A stretch of DNA of 64,000 nucleotides from Lama glama (GCA_028534125.1 CM052818.1:4404001-4468000), one strand, 5' to 3'. Counted from the stretch's first letter, positions 37,345-52,145 are shown. Program-made: numbers and translations. The notes: generated by a model from the sequence alone, not told the origin.

Positions 37345-39947
37345 TCTTGATTCCAGCTATTTTCCTCAAGCCATGGTATTTTTAATGTGTAGCTTTTGTT
37401 TGTTTGTTTGTTTTTGTTGTTTGTTTTAATGTGTAGTTTTAAGAACATGAAGTTTTTCAGGAACATAAGTATCATGTAGTAAATGTGTCCTGTCGTTTAG
37501 CTCCCTAGCTGTCTCTTGAATCAGCTTCTTTATCCCCATTCCCACTGACATCATTGCAGTTCCATTTATTTCTCACCTGGACTATTTCTATAGCCTGCTT
37601 AATGCTTTGCTCTTTTTGCCCCCAGGTTCTTCTTCATTCTGTCTTCCATACTGCCACCAGAGTTTGTCTTCTGAAAAGGAAATCTAGTGTCACTACCTTA
37701 TTTAAAAGTCAATGCCATATCTTCTAGAATTAAAAATTTAAACTCCTTTTGCTTGACATTCATGTTCTGATCATCATTTCAAGCCAGGCTTATGCTGTAA
37801 CCAAGTCAAACCACTTGGTTTTCCAGTGCCACATTATTTTTCAGTTATTGGTGCCTTTGTAGGTATTTTTTCTTCCATCTGCTGTGTCCTTCCCCTTTCT
37901 CTGTCTGGCAAACATCAAGATCCTGTTCCAGTGGCATTTCCCACCTTTTACTCCCCACCCCCCCACCAGAAATTAATGGCCATTTGTAAGTAGCTTTCAT
38001 TATACTACGTCCCCTATTTCCTTGTGTTTAGTTGCCTCCCCTCCTAGGCTGTGGGCTCCTCTAGGGCAGGGCGTGCGTTTTTATTCATGTCTGTAAAGCC
38101 AGCTCCTTGTGTAGTGTGTCATGGAATGTAAATGAAAATGCTGGATGGGTAGGTGGGCAGTTGTCCTTCTGGCTTGGGAAACCATCAGAGGGACGACTGA
38201 ACCAAGTTGTGTCTGTCATCTAGGGCTAGAGAGGTCTTTGAAAGTCCTGTGAATAGACAGTTAGAAAGCACAAGTGTGTTAGGCACAAGGGGAAAGTTAC
38301 CAAAAAGGAAGCTGCTGTTGATTCTGAAAGCTGTAGGACTTCTTTTACGCTTCAGGATTCTTTTTACATGTCTCAGTAAAGTGTCAGTTATATGTGAGAG
38401 TGTTACTTTCATTTGCTAAATGCTAAGTAAACTTTTTCATAAGTAGGTAAAACTCAATTTATAAATAACAGTTTTGTTTACTTAAGCTGATTTATCTTAA
38501 CAGCTGCTAAGGGGGGCACTGTGACTCTAAATCTTTGATTTCTTAATTTAGCAAACATTTATGTTTACCTACTGCATATATCGAACATAGTGTTTGGTGC
38601 AGAGATGAAAGGAAAAAAGACATAACTCTAAAGACTTCACAACATAGATTGAGTCAGGCACATGGAGGGAAGATTTTAAATACAGTATGATGAGTGCTTC
38701 AGTGGGGCTTCTGCAAGGTGCTAGACTTCTTCTGGCCACTCTGCTTGCCAGCTTTGAACTTAACTAACATACAGCAGCTATTTGGACATTTTATTATTCA
38801 TTTTGGTCACATTACTCCTCTAATAGAGAGTATACTATCAAGTAATTAAGTTCTGGAAAACTAATGTTATCATTTGTTGTTGAGTGTGTTACTTTTAACG
38901 ACTTTTATTTGGTACTGTGAAATACACTGTGATGTGGTGGAACCAACATGGGATGTAGGATTGGAAGACCTCTGTTGAAGAGTTATGTGTGTATATATCG
39001 TAAAAGGGCCACAGGACTGCCTGAGTTGGCATTCTGGTGGTTACTGGGTAAGGTGGTTATCTAAGATGCCTGATAAAGTGCAAAATACTGTTCAAATTTT
39101 TAAAAACCAAACTACGGAAAACGAGTATGCAGCATTCTAGGTAGACCTAGGTTTCATAATCACTTCAGTATAATTTCTGTATGGCTCTGTTCAGTAGTGT
39201 CCCTGTTGACAAGGTAGAAAATGTATCAGAATGTTTTGGATCACAAGTGCCCTGCCAACTAAAAGTGGCTTAAATATTAAAGAATGTATTTTCACAAAAC
39301 AAGAAGCCCAGAGCCAGAGGGTTAGCGGGCCGTTTGGCAGTTCAGCACTTTCATCAGAGATGTGGGTCTCGTTTGCTGTAAAGCTGTCTATGTCAGGAGA
39401 GGGCTGTGACAATTTCAGACTCCACCGTCTGGCTGGAGAAGGGCAGGGAACACTTCCTCGAGTGTCTGTACTAGAGAGGAAAAGCTTTCCTGCAAGACTC
39501 GTAAGAGGATTTTTTCCTTAGGTCTTGTATCCTCCATGTTTCTCACATGCTGGAAAAAGACCAAGTTCCTTATTCTGGCAGTTAAGGTCTTAGAAACTGG
39601 CTAGCTTACTTTACATCACCCGAGGCTGGGCCTTATAGCAGTAGAAACCACCTCATCATTATTTTATTTGGTACTCTGAACAAGAGTCACAGATTTTTGA
39701 TGGGAATGTTGGCAGTGGAAATTATATTTAGCTTCTGATGTTATACTGTACCTCTTCCCTCACCAATTCGTAGCCATTTCCCGGTGTTGTCAGCCTCTTA
39801 ACACAAATACTTTCTGTACCTAGCTTACCATAACCAAAATTCTGCTTGCTTCCAAAGGATATCATCTGCCTTGCAGCCCTTTGAAGGGAAGGAAAGCTGT
39901 TCATTTTAAGTTAGTGTGGATGGGAGGTGTTGGCATTGTGTTGGACC

Positions 39948-42935
39948 AGGAGTTGGAAACCTGTCTGTAAAGGGCCAGAGGGTAAATACTTTAGCCTTTG
40001 TGCTCCTTTCAGTCTTTACTCAGCTCTGCCATTGTGATTTGAAGCAGCTATGGACAATATATAAATAAATGAGCATGGCTCTGTTCCAGTAAAACTTAAC
40101 TTATAAATGCAGGTGGTGAATTCTTTCTAAAAGCACAAATGACAAAAGAAAAAGAATACATTGAACATCATCAAAATTAACTTTATGTTTCAAAGGACAC
40201 CAAGAAAATGAAAAGACAACCATAGAATAGTAGAAAATTTTTGCAAATCATAGATATGATAATATACTTCTACCCAGAATACATAATGAATTTTTACAAT
40301 GAACAATAAAAAGACAGTCCAGCTTAAAAAAAATGGACAAAGGATCTGGATAGACATTTCTCCAGAGGAGATAAACCAATGCCCAGGAAGCACATTAAAA
40401 GGTGCCCAACATCGCTAGTCATTAGGGAGATGCAAGTCAAACTACGGGTACCATTTCACACCCCCTCGCATGGCTATACTCGAAAGACCAGATAAGTATT
40501 GTTGAGGATGTAGAGAAATTGGAATGCTCTTGACATTGCTGATGGAAATGTAGGTTGTAGCTGCTTTAGAAAACAGTTCCTCAAGATGTTAAATGAGTTG
40601 CTTTAAGACCTAGTAATTTCATTCCTAAGTATATACTCACAAGAAGTAAAATAAAAAATGTAGATATAGATGTTCATAACAGCATTATTCATAATAGCCA
40701 AAAGAATGGAAATAGTCTAAATGTGCATTAACTGATGAATGGGTAAGTGGAATGTGGTATATCAATACAATGAAACATTATTTGGCAGTAAAAAGAAGTG
40801 AAGGATTGATTCTTGCTTCAAAGTATATGAGCCTTGAAAATATTCTGCTAAGTAAAAGAAGCCAGTGCAAAGGAACTGTATGATTCTATTAATATGTAAT
40901 GTTCAGAATAGGCAACCATGCAAAGTAGATTAGTGATTACCTAGGGCTGGGGTGAAACAGGGAGATGGGAGTGACTGCCAGTGGATATGGGCTTTCTTTT
41001 GAGGGTGGTGAAAATGCTCTAAATTTAGGGGGGAGGGTAGAGCTCAGTAGTAGAGTGTGTGCTTAGCATGCAGGAGGTCTTGGGGTTCAATCCCCAGTAC
41101 CTCCACTACAAATGAATAAATAAACCTAATCCCCCCAAAAAATAAGTTAAATAAGGGGAAAAAAGATAAATCTTAAAAAAAAAAAAGAGAAAATGCTCTA
41201 AAGTTAATTGTGGTAATGGCTGCATAGCTCTGTGAATGTACTGAACACCTTGAGTTGTACATTTTAGATAGATAAATTGTATGGTATATGAGTTTTATCT
41301 TAGTAAAGATATTATTTTTAAAATGCTTACAAAGCTATAGTAATCAAAACAGTATGGTATTGGCATAAAAACGGACACATAGATCAATGGAACAGAATAG
41401 CCCAGAAATAAACTCATGCATATATGGTCAACTAATTTATGATAAAGGAACCAAGTATGTAAAATGGGGAAAGTACAGTCTCTTTAATAAATGGTGTTGG
41501 GAAAACTGCACTGTTGTCTTACACTGTACACAGAAACTGACTCAGAATGAATTAAAGACTTGAACATAAGGCCTGAAATCATAAAATTCCTAGAAGAAAA
41601 CATGAATGGTAAGCTCCTTGATATCAGTCTTGGTGGTGATGTTTTGAATGTGACACTGGAAAGAAAGGCAACAAAAGCAAAAATAAACAAGCGAGACTAC
41701 ATCAAACTAAAAAGCTTCTGCACAGTAAAGAAAACTCATCAACAAAATGAAAAAGAAACCTACCAAATGGGAGAAAATACTTGTAAATCATGTATCTGTT
41801 AAGGAGTTAACATCAAAAATAAAGAACTCATACAACTCAGTAGCAAAAAAAAAAAAGTCTGAATTAAAAATGGGCAGAGAATCTGAATCAACAATTTTCC
41901 AGAGAAGATACACTGATGGCCAACAGGCACATGAACAGATGCTCAGCATCTCTAATCGTCAGGGAGGTGCAAGTCAAAACCACAGTGAGACATTACCTTA
42001 CCCTGGTTAGAGTGGCTGTTATCAAAAAGACGAGATAACAAGTGTTGACGAAGATTTGGAGGAAGGGGAACCCTTGGGCAGGTAGGAATGTAAATTGGTA
42101 CAGCCTCTTTGGAAAACAATATGGAGGTTCCTCAAAAAACTAAAAGTAGAACTACCATATGATCCAGCAATTCCACTTTCTGACTGTTTATTCAAAGGAA
42201 GTGAAAAATAAACTAACTCAAAAAGATATATACAGCCCCATTCATTACAGCATTATTTACTGTAGTCAAGACATGGAAGCAACCTAAGTAGCCATCGATG
42301 GATGGATGGGTAAAGATACTGTGTTTATATGTATATTATATATAAACGTACACACATATGCAATAGAATATTAGCCATAAAAAAGAAGGAAATCTTGCCA
42401 TTGGCAACAACCTGGATAAACTTTGAGGGCATTTTGCTAACTGAAATAAGTCAGAGAAAAACAAGTAGCGTATGATCTCACTTACATGTGGAACCTTAAA
42501 AACAAAAACAAAGCCCCAAAACCAAACGTACAGATAACATGTAACATTTGGTGTTTGCCGGAGGCAAGGAGTGGTGGGTGGGGAAAATGGGTAAATGTGT
42601 CAAAAGGTGTAAACTTCCAGTTATAAAATGTCATAGGGATGTAACGTACAGCATGGTAACTCGAGTTAATAATACGAGTTGCATGTTTGAAAGTTGGTGG
42701 GAGGGTAGATTGTAAAGGTTCTCACCACAAGGAAAAAAGTTTTGTAACACTGTATGGTGTTGAGTGCTAACTAGATTTACTGTGGTGATTGTTTTGCAAT
42801 ATATGCAAATATTGAATCATTATATTATACACCTGAAACTAATACAGTATTATATGTCAACTATATCTCAATTTAAAAAAATAGCCAAGAGGTGGTAGGC
42901 TTGATCTGTCCTGGGGTTATAGTTTCCTGATCCCT
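39948..42935 (+). mobile_element. MER58-like hAT MITE split by two LINE-1 fragments (~40120-41320 and ~41325-42880) and a SINE
   Basis: MER58 5' part (ctgtaaagggccag...ctctgttccagtaaaactt) ends near 40115 and resumes near 42888. Between them are L1 ORF2 remnants (NIRPEIIKFLEEN...KINKRDYIKLKSFCT) and 3' UTRs. Confidence 0.75.
41028..41186 (+). mobile_element. tRNA-derived SINE (Vic-1-like) inserted in an older L1
   Basis: Consensus head, A tail, and target-site duplication gaaaatgctctaaa on both sides. Confidence 0.9.
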
Positions 42936-43654
42936 AATAAATTGTTACTGCTTATTTCCTCTGCAAAATCATTTTTCTTCTATTTGACTGAACCCTGCTT
43001 TATTTCTTCTCATTATTACCTGACATCGTTCTGGATACTCCAGTTTTTCATGCAGAATTTAAGTACCTCTGTTGTATTTTCCCTCTAGATTCCACTGTCA
43101 CTTTGTCTTTATGTACACCCTTGCTCTACTTTCCCTTAACCCTCTCCAGTTACCATCCTGTGTATTTCCCTCTACTAAGACTGTGTTCTGTGGCCGTGGT
43201 CAAGGTGGTCTCTTACTACAATCCAGAAGTCTTCCACTGCTAGGACTTTATTTCCTCTGCTCTGAGATTATTTTTTTCGATTATAATTATTGGAAATGCT
43301 ATGCCTTTAGGGTTTTCTGCTTTGTTTTGGTATTGCGTGTGTTTTGAAATTAACCAAATTAGTATTGTTACCTACAAGAAGCTGCTGGACAGTTTCCATA
43401 GAAAATACTTTATGTTCTCCATCCCTTTACTCCTCCTCTTCTCAGCTGTCCCCACCTATCTCGCACCCTCTTATTGTCATGTTTCTGTGATTGTTACTAC
43501 TGTGTTAGATATATGAACAACACATTTTATGTTGCTATGCCAGGGTAAATTGGCGGTGACAAGCCACTTGAATTTAAGTGTTCTAAGATGCAATGAAAAT
43601 GGTTTCACTAGTTTACTGCATCTCTTGTATAAGCAGAAAGGGTGTGACTTTATG

Positions 43655-43905
43655 ACATGCTGGTAAGAATACTATGCTACCTGCATGTAAATCAGTGAAG
43701 TTAGAACACCCCCTCACACCATATACAAAAATAAACTCAAAATGGCTTAAAGACTTCAACATAAGACACTGTAAATCTCTTACAAGAGAACATAGGCGAA
43801 ATATTATCTGACATAAATCCTAACAGTGTTCTCCTAGGACAGTCTACCCAGGCAATAGAAATAAAAGCAAAAATAAACAAATGGGACCTAATTAAACTTA
43901 TAGGA
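43655..43905 (+). mobile_element. LINE-1 ORF2 fragment
   Basis: cacaccatatacaaaaataaactcaaaatggcttaaagac...aaagcaaaaataaacaaatgggacctaattaaact. Confidence 0.85.
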
Positions 43906-44738
43906 ATACTGTGGAAATTATACAAGTTCGAGCTCAGTTTGCTCTCTTCTACTACCAGCTGTGTGGTCTTGTGCAAGCTGCTTAACCATGGCACCCCTTT
44001 TTACCCAGAAGATGGTTTGGAGGATAAATGAGATGATGTATGTAAAGACCCTAACAGAGTACCCAGCACATAAATAAATTTTATATATATATATATATAG
44101 GTATTCCATAAAGTTAACTTTCAAAGCTTTTAAAGATTATGTTCTAGATCATCAGTTTTTACCTTTAAAACAGTTGATTAGAACTTAACAAAGTAGCGTT
44201 TATTGTGTTGCATGTTTAGTTTGAACTAAAGTAGTTACTGAAGTTTAGGTAAGTACATCTGAAATGTCTGAAGGATTTTAGAAGTTTATGTAAATTGCCT
44301 TAATTGGAAGAAAAGTAATTTTATTGTTAGAATAAAACTAGATAAGAAAGCCAGTGGGGTTTGTTTTGTTTTGTTTTCTGTGTCATGTGTCTGTTGCTAC
44401 TCAAAAGATACCTTATACCTTTGGAAATGAAATTATATCCTTGAATATTTGGTTTTATTAATTGCTTTGAGTGTGTTAAGTATTTCATAAGATATCATTC
44501 TTACCTTTTTGGACAAATGCTCACTTTTGAGAGTTAGCTTAAATGTTGGGAGCCTCATTCCTGGAAACATTGTGGGTTGAAATAAAGAAGATTAATTGGC
44601 AAATGGACTGTATTTAAGGTTCATATACCAGTTGTTTGGAACTCAGTACATTTTTCCAAAGAAATAACAAAAAAGTTTACTTAAAGATTTACAGTGACAT
44701 ATTTTAATGATAATTCAGAAGTATTATTAAGTATTTTG

Positions 44739-45238
44739 NNNNNNNNNNNNNNNNNNNNNNNNNNNNNNNNNNNNNNNNNNNNNNNNNNNNNNNNNNNNNN
44801 NNNNNNNNNNNNNNNNNNNNNNNNNNNNNNNNNNNNNNNNNNNNNNNNNNNNNNNNNNNNNNNNNNNNNNNNNNNNNNNNNNNNNNNNNNNNNNNNNNNN
44901 NNNNNNNNNNNNNNNNNNNNNNNNNNNNNNNNNNNNNNNNNNNNNNNNNNNNNNNNNNNNNNNNNNNNNNNNNNNNNNNNNNNNNNNNNNNNNNNNNNNN
45001 NNNNNNNNNNNNNNNNNNNNNNNNNNNNNNNNNNNNNNNNNNNNNNNNNNNNNNNNNNNNNNNNNNNNNNNNNNNNNNNNNNNNNNNNNNNNNNNNNNNN
45101 NNNNNNNNNNNNNNNNNNNNNNNNNNNNNNNNNNNNNNNNNNNNNNNNNNNNNNNNNNNNNNNNNNNNNNNNNNNNNNNNNNNNNNNNNNNNNNNNNNNN
45201 NNNNNNNNNNNNNNNNNNNNNNNNNNNNNNNNNNNNNN
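44739..45238. other. Assembly gap (500 N)
   Basis: Run of N. Confidence 1.
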
Positions 45239-46844
45239 GGAGCTTGCCATGTAGTAACATAACATAATGGGAAACTGATCTTATATATGGTAACATCTCC
45301 TTTTTGCATTTAATTTAGGTCTTAGTTAAGATAGACTCTTTTCCCATTCACAACAGCAACAGTAGCTGTGGGACTACTCGGAATATATTTTTCTCTGAGG
45401 GAAACAGACCCAGAATAATGTGGTCCATCATTGTGCAGTCATTTATAATACAAAAGTACTTACAATTGTATGTTATAGTAAATCAGCAGATCATTAAGAA
45501 AATTCCACCCCTTAAGATAATTTCAGAGATAGTTTTGTAGGGCGAGTTTTGGTAATTACTCTTAGTATAGCAATCTGCATGACTTAGAGCTGTTACTGAT
45601 CAAACTAAAATTATTCCTTGCTTTTAATAATATGACTCGTGTAAAGTCTGAACCTACCTCCCAAGATGGTAGTAATTGCTGTTTGTTCCCTTTGTGACTC
45701 TTTACTCCCTCAAATTTTTTCCTTATGTAATTTCTAGAACCATATAAGAATGTGATCTATAATAGGACCATAACACTACATATGTTCTGTTATAGTTTGT
45801 GAAAACATTACAGAATAATATAATTATGATAAAGCCATTAATAGAATATTAAATTACTAGAGAACCATATTCTACTGATTCTGTGTTTAATAATTTTCTT
45901 TGTTTTTCATGAATTTCTCGTCTAATTTTTTTTAAGTATTAGTACTCTACTATTTTTCTTCTCATTTTCCAGTTTTTATGAACTCTTCCTTGAATGGGGA
46001 AGGCTACTATCTGTTTGCTGATAATTTCCGAAATTGTATCTCTAGTCATGATCTTTCCCCTGAGCCTCGGTTCTGTACTTGCTGGCTGTGTCTAGCTGAA
46101 TGTCCATAGACCCCCCCACAATTTCTAAATTGTTTGGGGGACCTGGGAATCTGCAGTGTTCATACTCTGATGATAGTTACCATATTGTATTATACATGGA
46201 TGGGCATTTCCCCCTCCTCCTCGCTAATGTTTGTGTTAAAGGGTATAAATAGCAGATTCTTCATATGTAGAAAAGTACCTCAGAATATTAATAAAGCAAT
46301 ACATAAACAGCCACAAATTCATATAATAGAAGTTGAAGTTATATTCAGACAGCTCAGTGAAAGAGTGATCAGATGTGTTACAAATTAGTGATAGTGTAAA
46401 ACAGGAGATGAATAAATTAGACTGCATTAAAATTAAGAACTCTTCTTTATCAAATGATACCATTAAGCATTCTCCACTGAAGGGACCTAGGACTCCTTGG
46501 AGAAATAGCTGATTTCAGGACTGGGGCAGGGGAAGTACAATATAAGCCTAAAACATCTTGTGCCGGAAGGTAAGGAGGGCCCATAGAATGATGGGAATTT
46601 ATTAAAATGACACAGGAACCAGCCTGAAGGGGAGGGACTCCCACTGGCCAAATGTGAGACAATTTAAATCAGATTAGGTAATGATGAAATAATTAACACC
46701 CATTGAAATAAAAGCTGTAAGTCCACGCTGAAATACATAAGTACATATAGAAATGGAGGAGAAAGAAAGTCCTTTCCCTACAGGAGAAAGCCAAGTGAAA
46801 AATGTTGAAGGAATGATGGAATTAGAAAACTACCATATGGCAAT

Positions 46845-47335
46845 TGTATCAGTTACCTACTGCCCCGTAACAAATTACCCCAAAGTGTAGTGGCTTAAAA
46901 TAACACACTTTTATTATTTCACATTTCTCTGGGCTTAACTGTGTTCTCTGCTTCATGGTCACTCAGAAGGCTGAAATGAAGGCATTAGCCTGGGATTTGT
47001 GGTCCCATCTGAATGCCTTATTGGGAAAGGATCTACATCCACAATCCTTCGCTGGTTGCTGGCAGCATTCAGTTCCCTGTGGGCTGCTGGCTGGAAGTCC
47101 CGCCAAGTTTCTTGTTATGTGGGGTTTCATGAAAGCGTGCAGGCCAAGAAGTTTGTAGACAGAGACTTGTCAGCAAGATAGAAGTCACCGCCTTCTGTAA
47201 TCTAATTGCAAAGTGATATTGCCTTGATTTTGTTGTGCTCTGTTGGTTAAAAGCAAGTGCCACAAGGGAAGAGGATTATACCAGGCTGTGACTATCAGGA
47301 GGTGGGAGTCATCTTAGAGGCTGGCCATCCCAGCA
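46845..47335. mobile_element. MaLR LTR (MLT1-like) inside an old L1 3' region (~46460-47800)
   Basis: tgtatcagttacctactgccccgtaacaaattaccccaaagtgtagtggcttaaaataacac is a typical MLT1 end. Confidence 0.65.
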
Positions 47336-48149
47336 GCTGTCATGATATAATTGACTCAGACAGGAGTCATCAGTGGATGTTAAAATGAGTGGGGGGGAGT
47401 TTGAAGAGTAACTCGGATATTTACATAGTCTAAAAACATCTTCCCACAAGATGCGGATTAAATGCAGAGGGGAAAGTGTAACTTCCCAGTGGAGCAATCT
47501 GGCTGACTTTATCTGAGTGATCCAAGTTAACATTACCAGTAATAGAAAAATCAACAGTACCTGCTTCCTAATGTCTGGGAAGAGCACGTTACCACCTCTG
47601 TAGTATTTTACCAGAAAGGCATAACCTGAATTTAATCATGAGGAAACATTAGGTAAACCTACTGAGGGACAGTCTTTGAAGTAACTGGCCAAATGTCAGT
47701 CATGAAGGACCTAAACAAACTGAAGAATTGTTCCGGTTTAAAGTGCACTAATGAGAGAAATGGCTGTTGAATACAGCACATGGTCCAGGATTATTTTTTC
47801 TATAAAGAATGCGCTTGGGATATATTTACATATTATGGAGTAATATAGACTATTGTTACGGAACCATAATAGAACATTAGAACAAGTAGAATCGATCCAT
47901 AGTCTATTGGTTCTGTTCCTGTATTGGATTGTTAAGTATAAGTCACTTCTGCATAACTGAAGTTACGATGGATGATGGTTGTTTTAAGGGAAAACAAGCA
48001 AGTACTTAGGTGATTCATAAGCTGAACTGTCTTTTTCATAGAAGATCAAAATTTCTTGAAAACAACTGACAATCTGGTCATTCACACTTGAGTATTTGGC
48101 AGACATCATTTTCTCAAAAATGAGCTGTGAGCCTGTCACTTCAAGGAAG

Positions 48150-49690
48150 ATGACAGGTGAAACATGAAAAAATAGAAAACCTCCCCAAAGAAATAGAAGA
48201 TATAAAGATGTATCAAATGATAATTTTAGAACTGAAAACCATTTGCACAGCGAGTGAATCAACAGCAGAACAAAACAAAGAGAAAAGAATCAGTAAACTG
48301 GAAGACAGAACAAAAGAAATTACCCAATAGAAATAGAAATAGGAAACAGACTGAAAAAAGTAATCCACAGAGCCTCAGGGAACTGTGGGATTATAAAAAA
48401 TGACTTAACACTTGTGCCATTGGATTCCCAGGAGAGGAAAAAAGAGGACAATGTTGAAAAAGTACTTAAGGAAATAAGGGCTGAAAAATTTCCTGAACTT
48501 GGCAAAAATACAATCTATAGATTCAAGAAACTGAGTGAACATTAAACAAGATGAACGTATAAAAATCTACAGCAAGACACCGCAAAGCCAAGCTTTTAAA
48601 AACTAAAGACAGGTAAATGTTGAAACCAGCACAAGAAAAGTGACACTTGATATAGATGGGAAAAACAATTTAAATAACAGCTTTCTCATCAGAAACCATG
48701 GAAGTCAAGAGGAAATTACGCATTTTTTCAGTGCTGAAAGGAAAGAAATGCCAGCCCCAAACCCTGTATCCAGACAAGACATCCTTCTGGAATGAAAGAG
48801 AAAATAAGACATTCTCAGATGAAAGAAAATTAAGAGAATATGTTGTCACCTGTGCTGAGAGGGAAGTTTATAGTAGTAAGTGCATGGTTTAAAAATGAAG
48901 ACTGAATCTTAAGTCAGTAATCTGTGCCCCTGCCTCATGAACCAAAAAGAAAAGGAATCTACCCAGGGAAGGAAATAAAGATAAAAGCAGAAATCATTGA
49001 AATTGAAAACAGAAAAACAATAGAAAAAAATCAGTGAGAGAAGGAGCTGGTTCTTCAAAAAGAGCAGTAAGTTGACAAACTTCTAGCAAGACAGAGAAGT
49101 AAAGTCAAAAACAAATGATCAGGATCAGGAGTAAGAGAGAAGGTGTCACCACAGACCCCGCAGGTACGAGAAAGATAAAAAGGGACTACTGTGAACAACT
49201 CTGTATACGTAAATTTGGCAACTTTGATGTGATGGACCAGTTTTTTGAAAAATACAAACCACCATACCTCACCCAATGTGAAATAAGTAACTTAAATAGC
49301 CCTATTATCTTAATGCAAAAATAAACACCGTACAAAAAAGATAAGTATAGATCAGTATTCTCCTATCAATGTAGATGCAAAAATCCTTGACAAAATATAA
49401 GCAACTATAATTAAGCGATATGCTTTAAAGAAAAAAAACAGCCATAAATGGTTCATTGTAGGGATGCAGGACTGCTTCACTATTTGAAAATCAACTAATA
49501 TAATTCACCGTGTTACCATGCTAAAGAAGAATTATCACATGGGCATATCAGTTGATGGAGAAAAAGCATTTGATAAAATTCAGGACCCCTTTATGATTTG
49601 AGGGGGAAAAAAAGAAACTAAGAAAAAGATATTTAGGGGGAATTCACTCAGTTTGGATAAGGAACAGTTATAAAAACCTACCTTATGCTT
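48150..49690 (+). mobile_element. Old LINE-1 ORF1/ORF2 remnant
   Basis: Degenerate peptides MEVKRKLRIFSVLKGKKCQPQTLYPDKTSF (ORF1-like) and TTDPAGTRKIKRDYCEQL (ORF2-like). Confidence 0.85.
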
Positions 49691-51659
49691 AGTGATATAT
49701 TGGGAGACTCAGATTCATAAATGTCCAGTTATTAGAGAGCTTTAGATTTTCACTTTCCTTGCTGCTCGCTTTTTATAGTGAGTATCTGTTAAGCATTTAT
49801 ATGCACTTCAAATAAGCAAGCAGTACTTTAAAACTGAAATAATATTTATAGTTCACAAAGAGAGCTTGTAACCAAATAAGACAGTGCTGTCACCTCTTAA
49901 AGTCTGCTAGATAAAGATAAATGTCTAAATATTCTGACAGCATGCCCCTTGAAAATATTCTAAACTTTACAGTGTGCATCTATAAAATTTATTCTTATTC
50001 TCTCACATCTTGACACTTTTAAGATCAAAGTAACTCTAAACAATACGACATAAAAGAGATCCAAAAATATTTTCTTCATTTCTTTGCCAGGAAGTTTCTT
50101 CAGAAGATATTTCCCTACTCCTGATTTAATATATACTAAAATTGATAGTTGTAATAAAATTTTTAAAATTCTGAATAATGTCGACTTGAAGAAAAAGAAT
50201 CTAGTGCCTTTATCTGCTGAAAGGCGAAGCTTGCCAGCTTCCCACAGTTAATATAATTGTTAAAACAAAATCAGGGGTTTTTCCTAGGACAGAAGTCACT
50301 GACCGCGTCAATAACTTCTAAAACAAATACTCTTTATTTTCAGAAGTATAAAACAAGTTTATAATCCCACAGTTCCCTGAGGCTCTGTGGATTATTTTTT
50401 CAGTCTATTTTCTTTCTATTGCTCAGACTGGGTAATTTCTTTTGCTCTGTCTTCCAGTTCACTGATTCTTTTCTCTGTTCTATTCTGCTGTTGAGTTCAC
50501 TCATTGTGCTACTGTATCAGTTACTGGTTTTCAGGTCTACAATTACCATTCGATTTGTCTTTATATCCTCTGTTTCTTTGCTGAGGTTTTCTATTTTTTC
50601 ATGTTTCACATGTCAGTAATTTTCTTTGAAGTGACAGGCTCACTGTTCAATGCACTGATGCTTAAAATTCCACTTAAACCAAGTTCCTTAAGGCTATCTA
50701 GCTTTTTACATGTACCTATAAAATGCTTCCTTGAATAAATTTAGGATAATGTTAAATCTGGCAAGGGATATCAAAAGACAATGAGACAATTGCCTTCATG
50801 GGCTTTAAAATCTGAGAAAGGGACTAAATAAAGGATGAAAGAATTATAATGGTCAAGATTACTATAAATAGTTTCTGGTTTCTCCTGAAACTGTAAGATT
50901 AATCTGAAAAATATGTATGAATTTGCTACCTAGAAATGCATATATATCTTGTAAAAACAAAAATCTGTGTAGCTTTTGAACTGTGAACAATAGTATGATA
51001 GGAAACTAATATTTTTTAAGTGATAAGATTTTTGTCTTTCTTAACTAGAGACTTAAATTTATGTGCTATGAAGCAATTCTATTAAATCTGGGGCTTCTTA
51101 CTGAGTTTTAAAATTCAGCTTTATTGAGCTATAACTTTTCATATAATGAAGTACCAATTCTACATGTACATTTAATGTGTCTTGACAAATGTGTGTAGTT
51201 TTTTAAGCACCACCACAATCAAGATTCTGTCACCCCAAAATGCTACCTGGTACCCCTTTGCATTCACCCCCCTGCCACAACCCCAATCTTTAGGTAACTA
51301 TTGTTTACCTTCATACATGGAATTTATGAATGGAATCTTGTGCCATGCAACTTTTTGTATCTGGCTTCTTTTACATAACATGGCTTTTGAGATTTGTTCA
51401 TGTTGTGTGTGTCAGTAGTGTTCCCTGTTCATTACTGAGTAGTACCCCGTTGTTTGGCTACACTACGGCTTATCTGACAGTTGTTGAACATGTAGGTTGT
51501 TTCTTGTGTAGGCTGTTGACAGTGAAGCTTCTATGGACATAAGCCTTCGTGTGCACATGTTTTCATTTGAGGTCCTAACTAGCAATGTATAAAAATTTCA
51601 ATTACTCTACATTTTCACCACCACTTGGTATGTCAGCATTTCTGTTTAGATACATATAC

Positions 51660-52145
51660 TGTATGTCTGGGTGTTGGCTTTCTACTGCTGTGTAACAAAT
51701 AACCATAAACCTAGTAGCTTAAAAGAGCACCTATTTATTATTTCATAGTACTGTAGGTCAGAAACTTAGCACAGGGTCTCCAGAGACCACAGGGCTGAAA
51801 TCTAGATACCAGCCAGATGACATCAGCATCTGGAGGATTTGGGGAAGATTCTGTTTGCGAGCTCATTTAGGTTGTTGGCTGAATTCAGTTCTTTGCCATC
51901 TCCCTTGTGTTAAATTCTTCTCATGTTTTGAATCTCTGACTTCCCCTTTCCCCTTTCAGAAGGCTCTTAAGATTACAACAGGCCCATCTGAGCAATCTTA
52001 TCCTAAGGTCAACTGATTTGGAACCTTAATTACACGTACAAAATCTCTGCAGCAGTCCCTAAATTAATGTTTGAATAAGTGGGAGAGAAATGTTTGTATA
52101 CCAGGGGCTAGGAATTTCAGAAGGCCATCCTAGAATTCTATAGGA
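51660..52145. mobile_element. MaLR LTR (MLT1-like)
   Basis: ctactgctgtgtaacaaataaccataaacctagtagcttaaaag...cctaaggtcaactgatttggaaccttaattacac. Confidence 0.65.
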
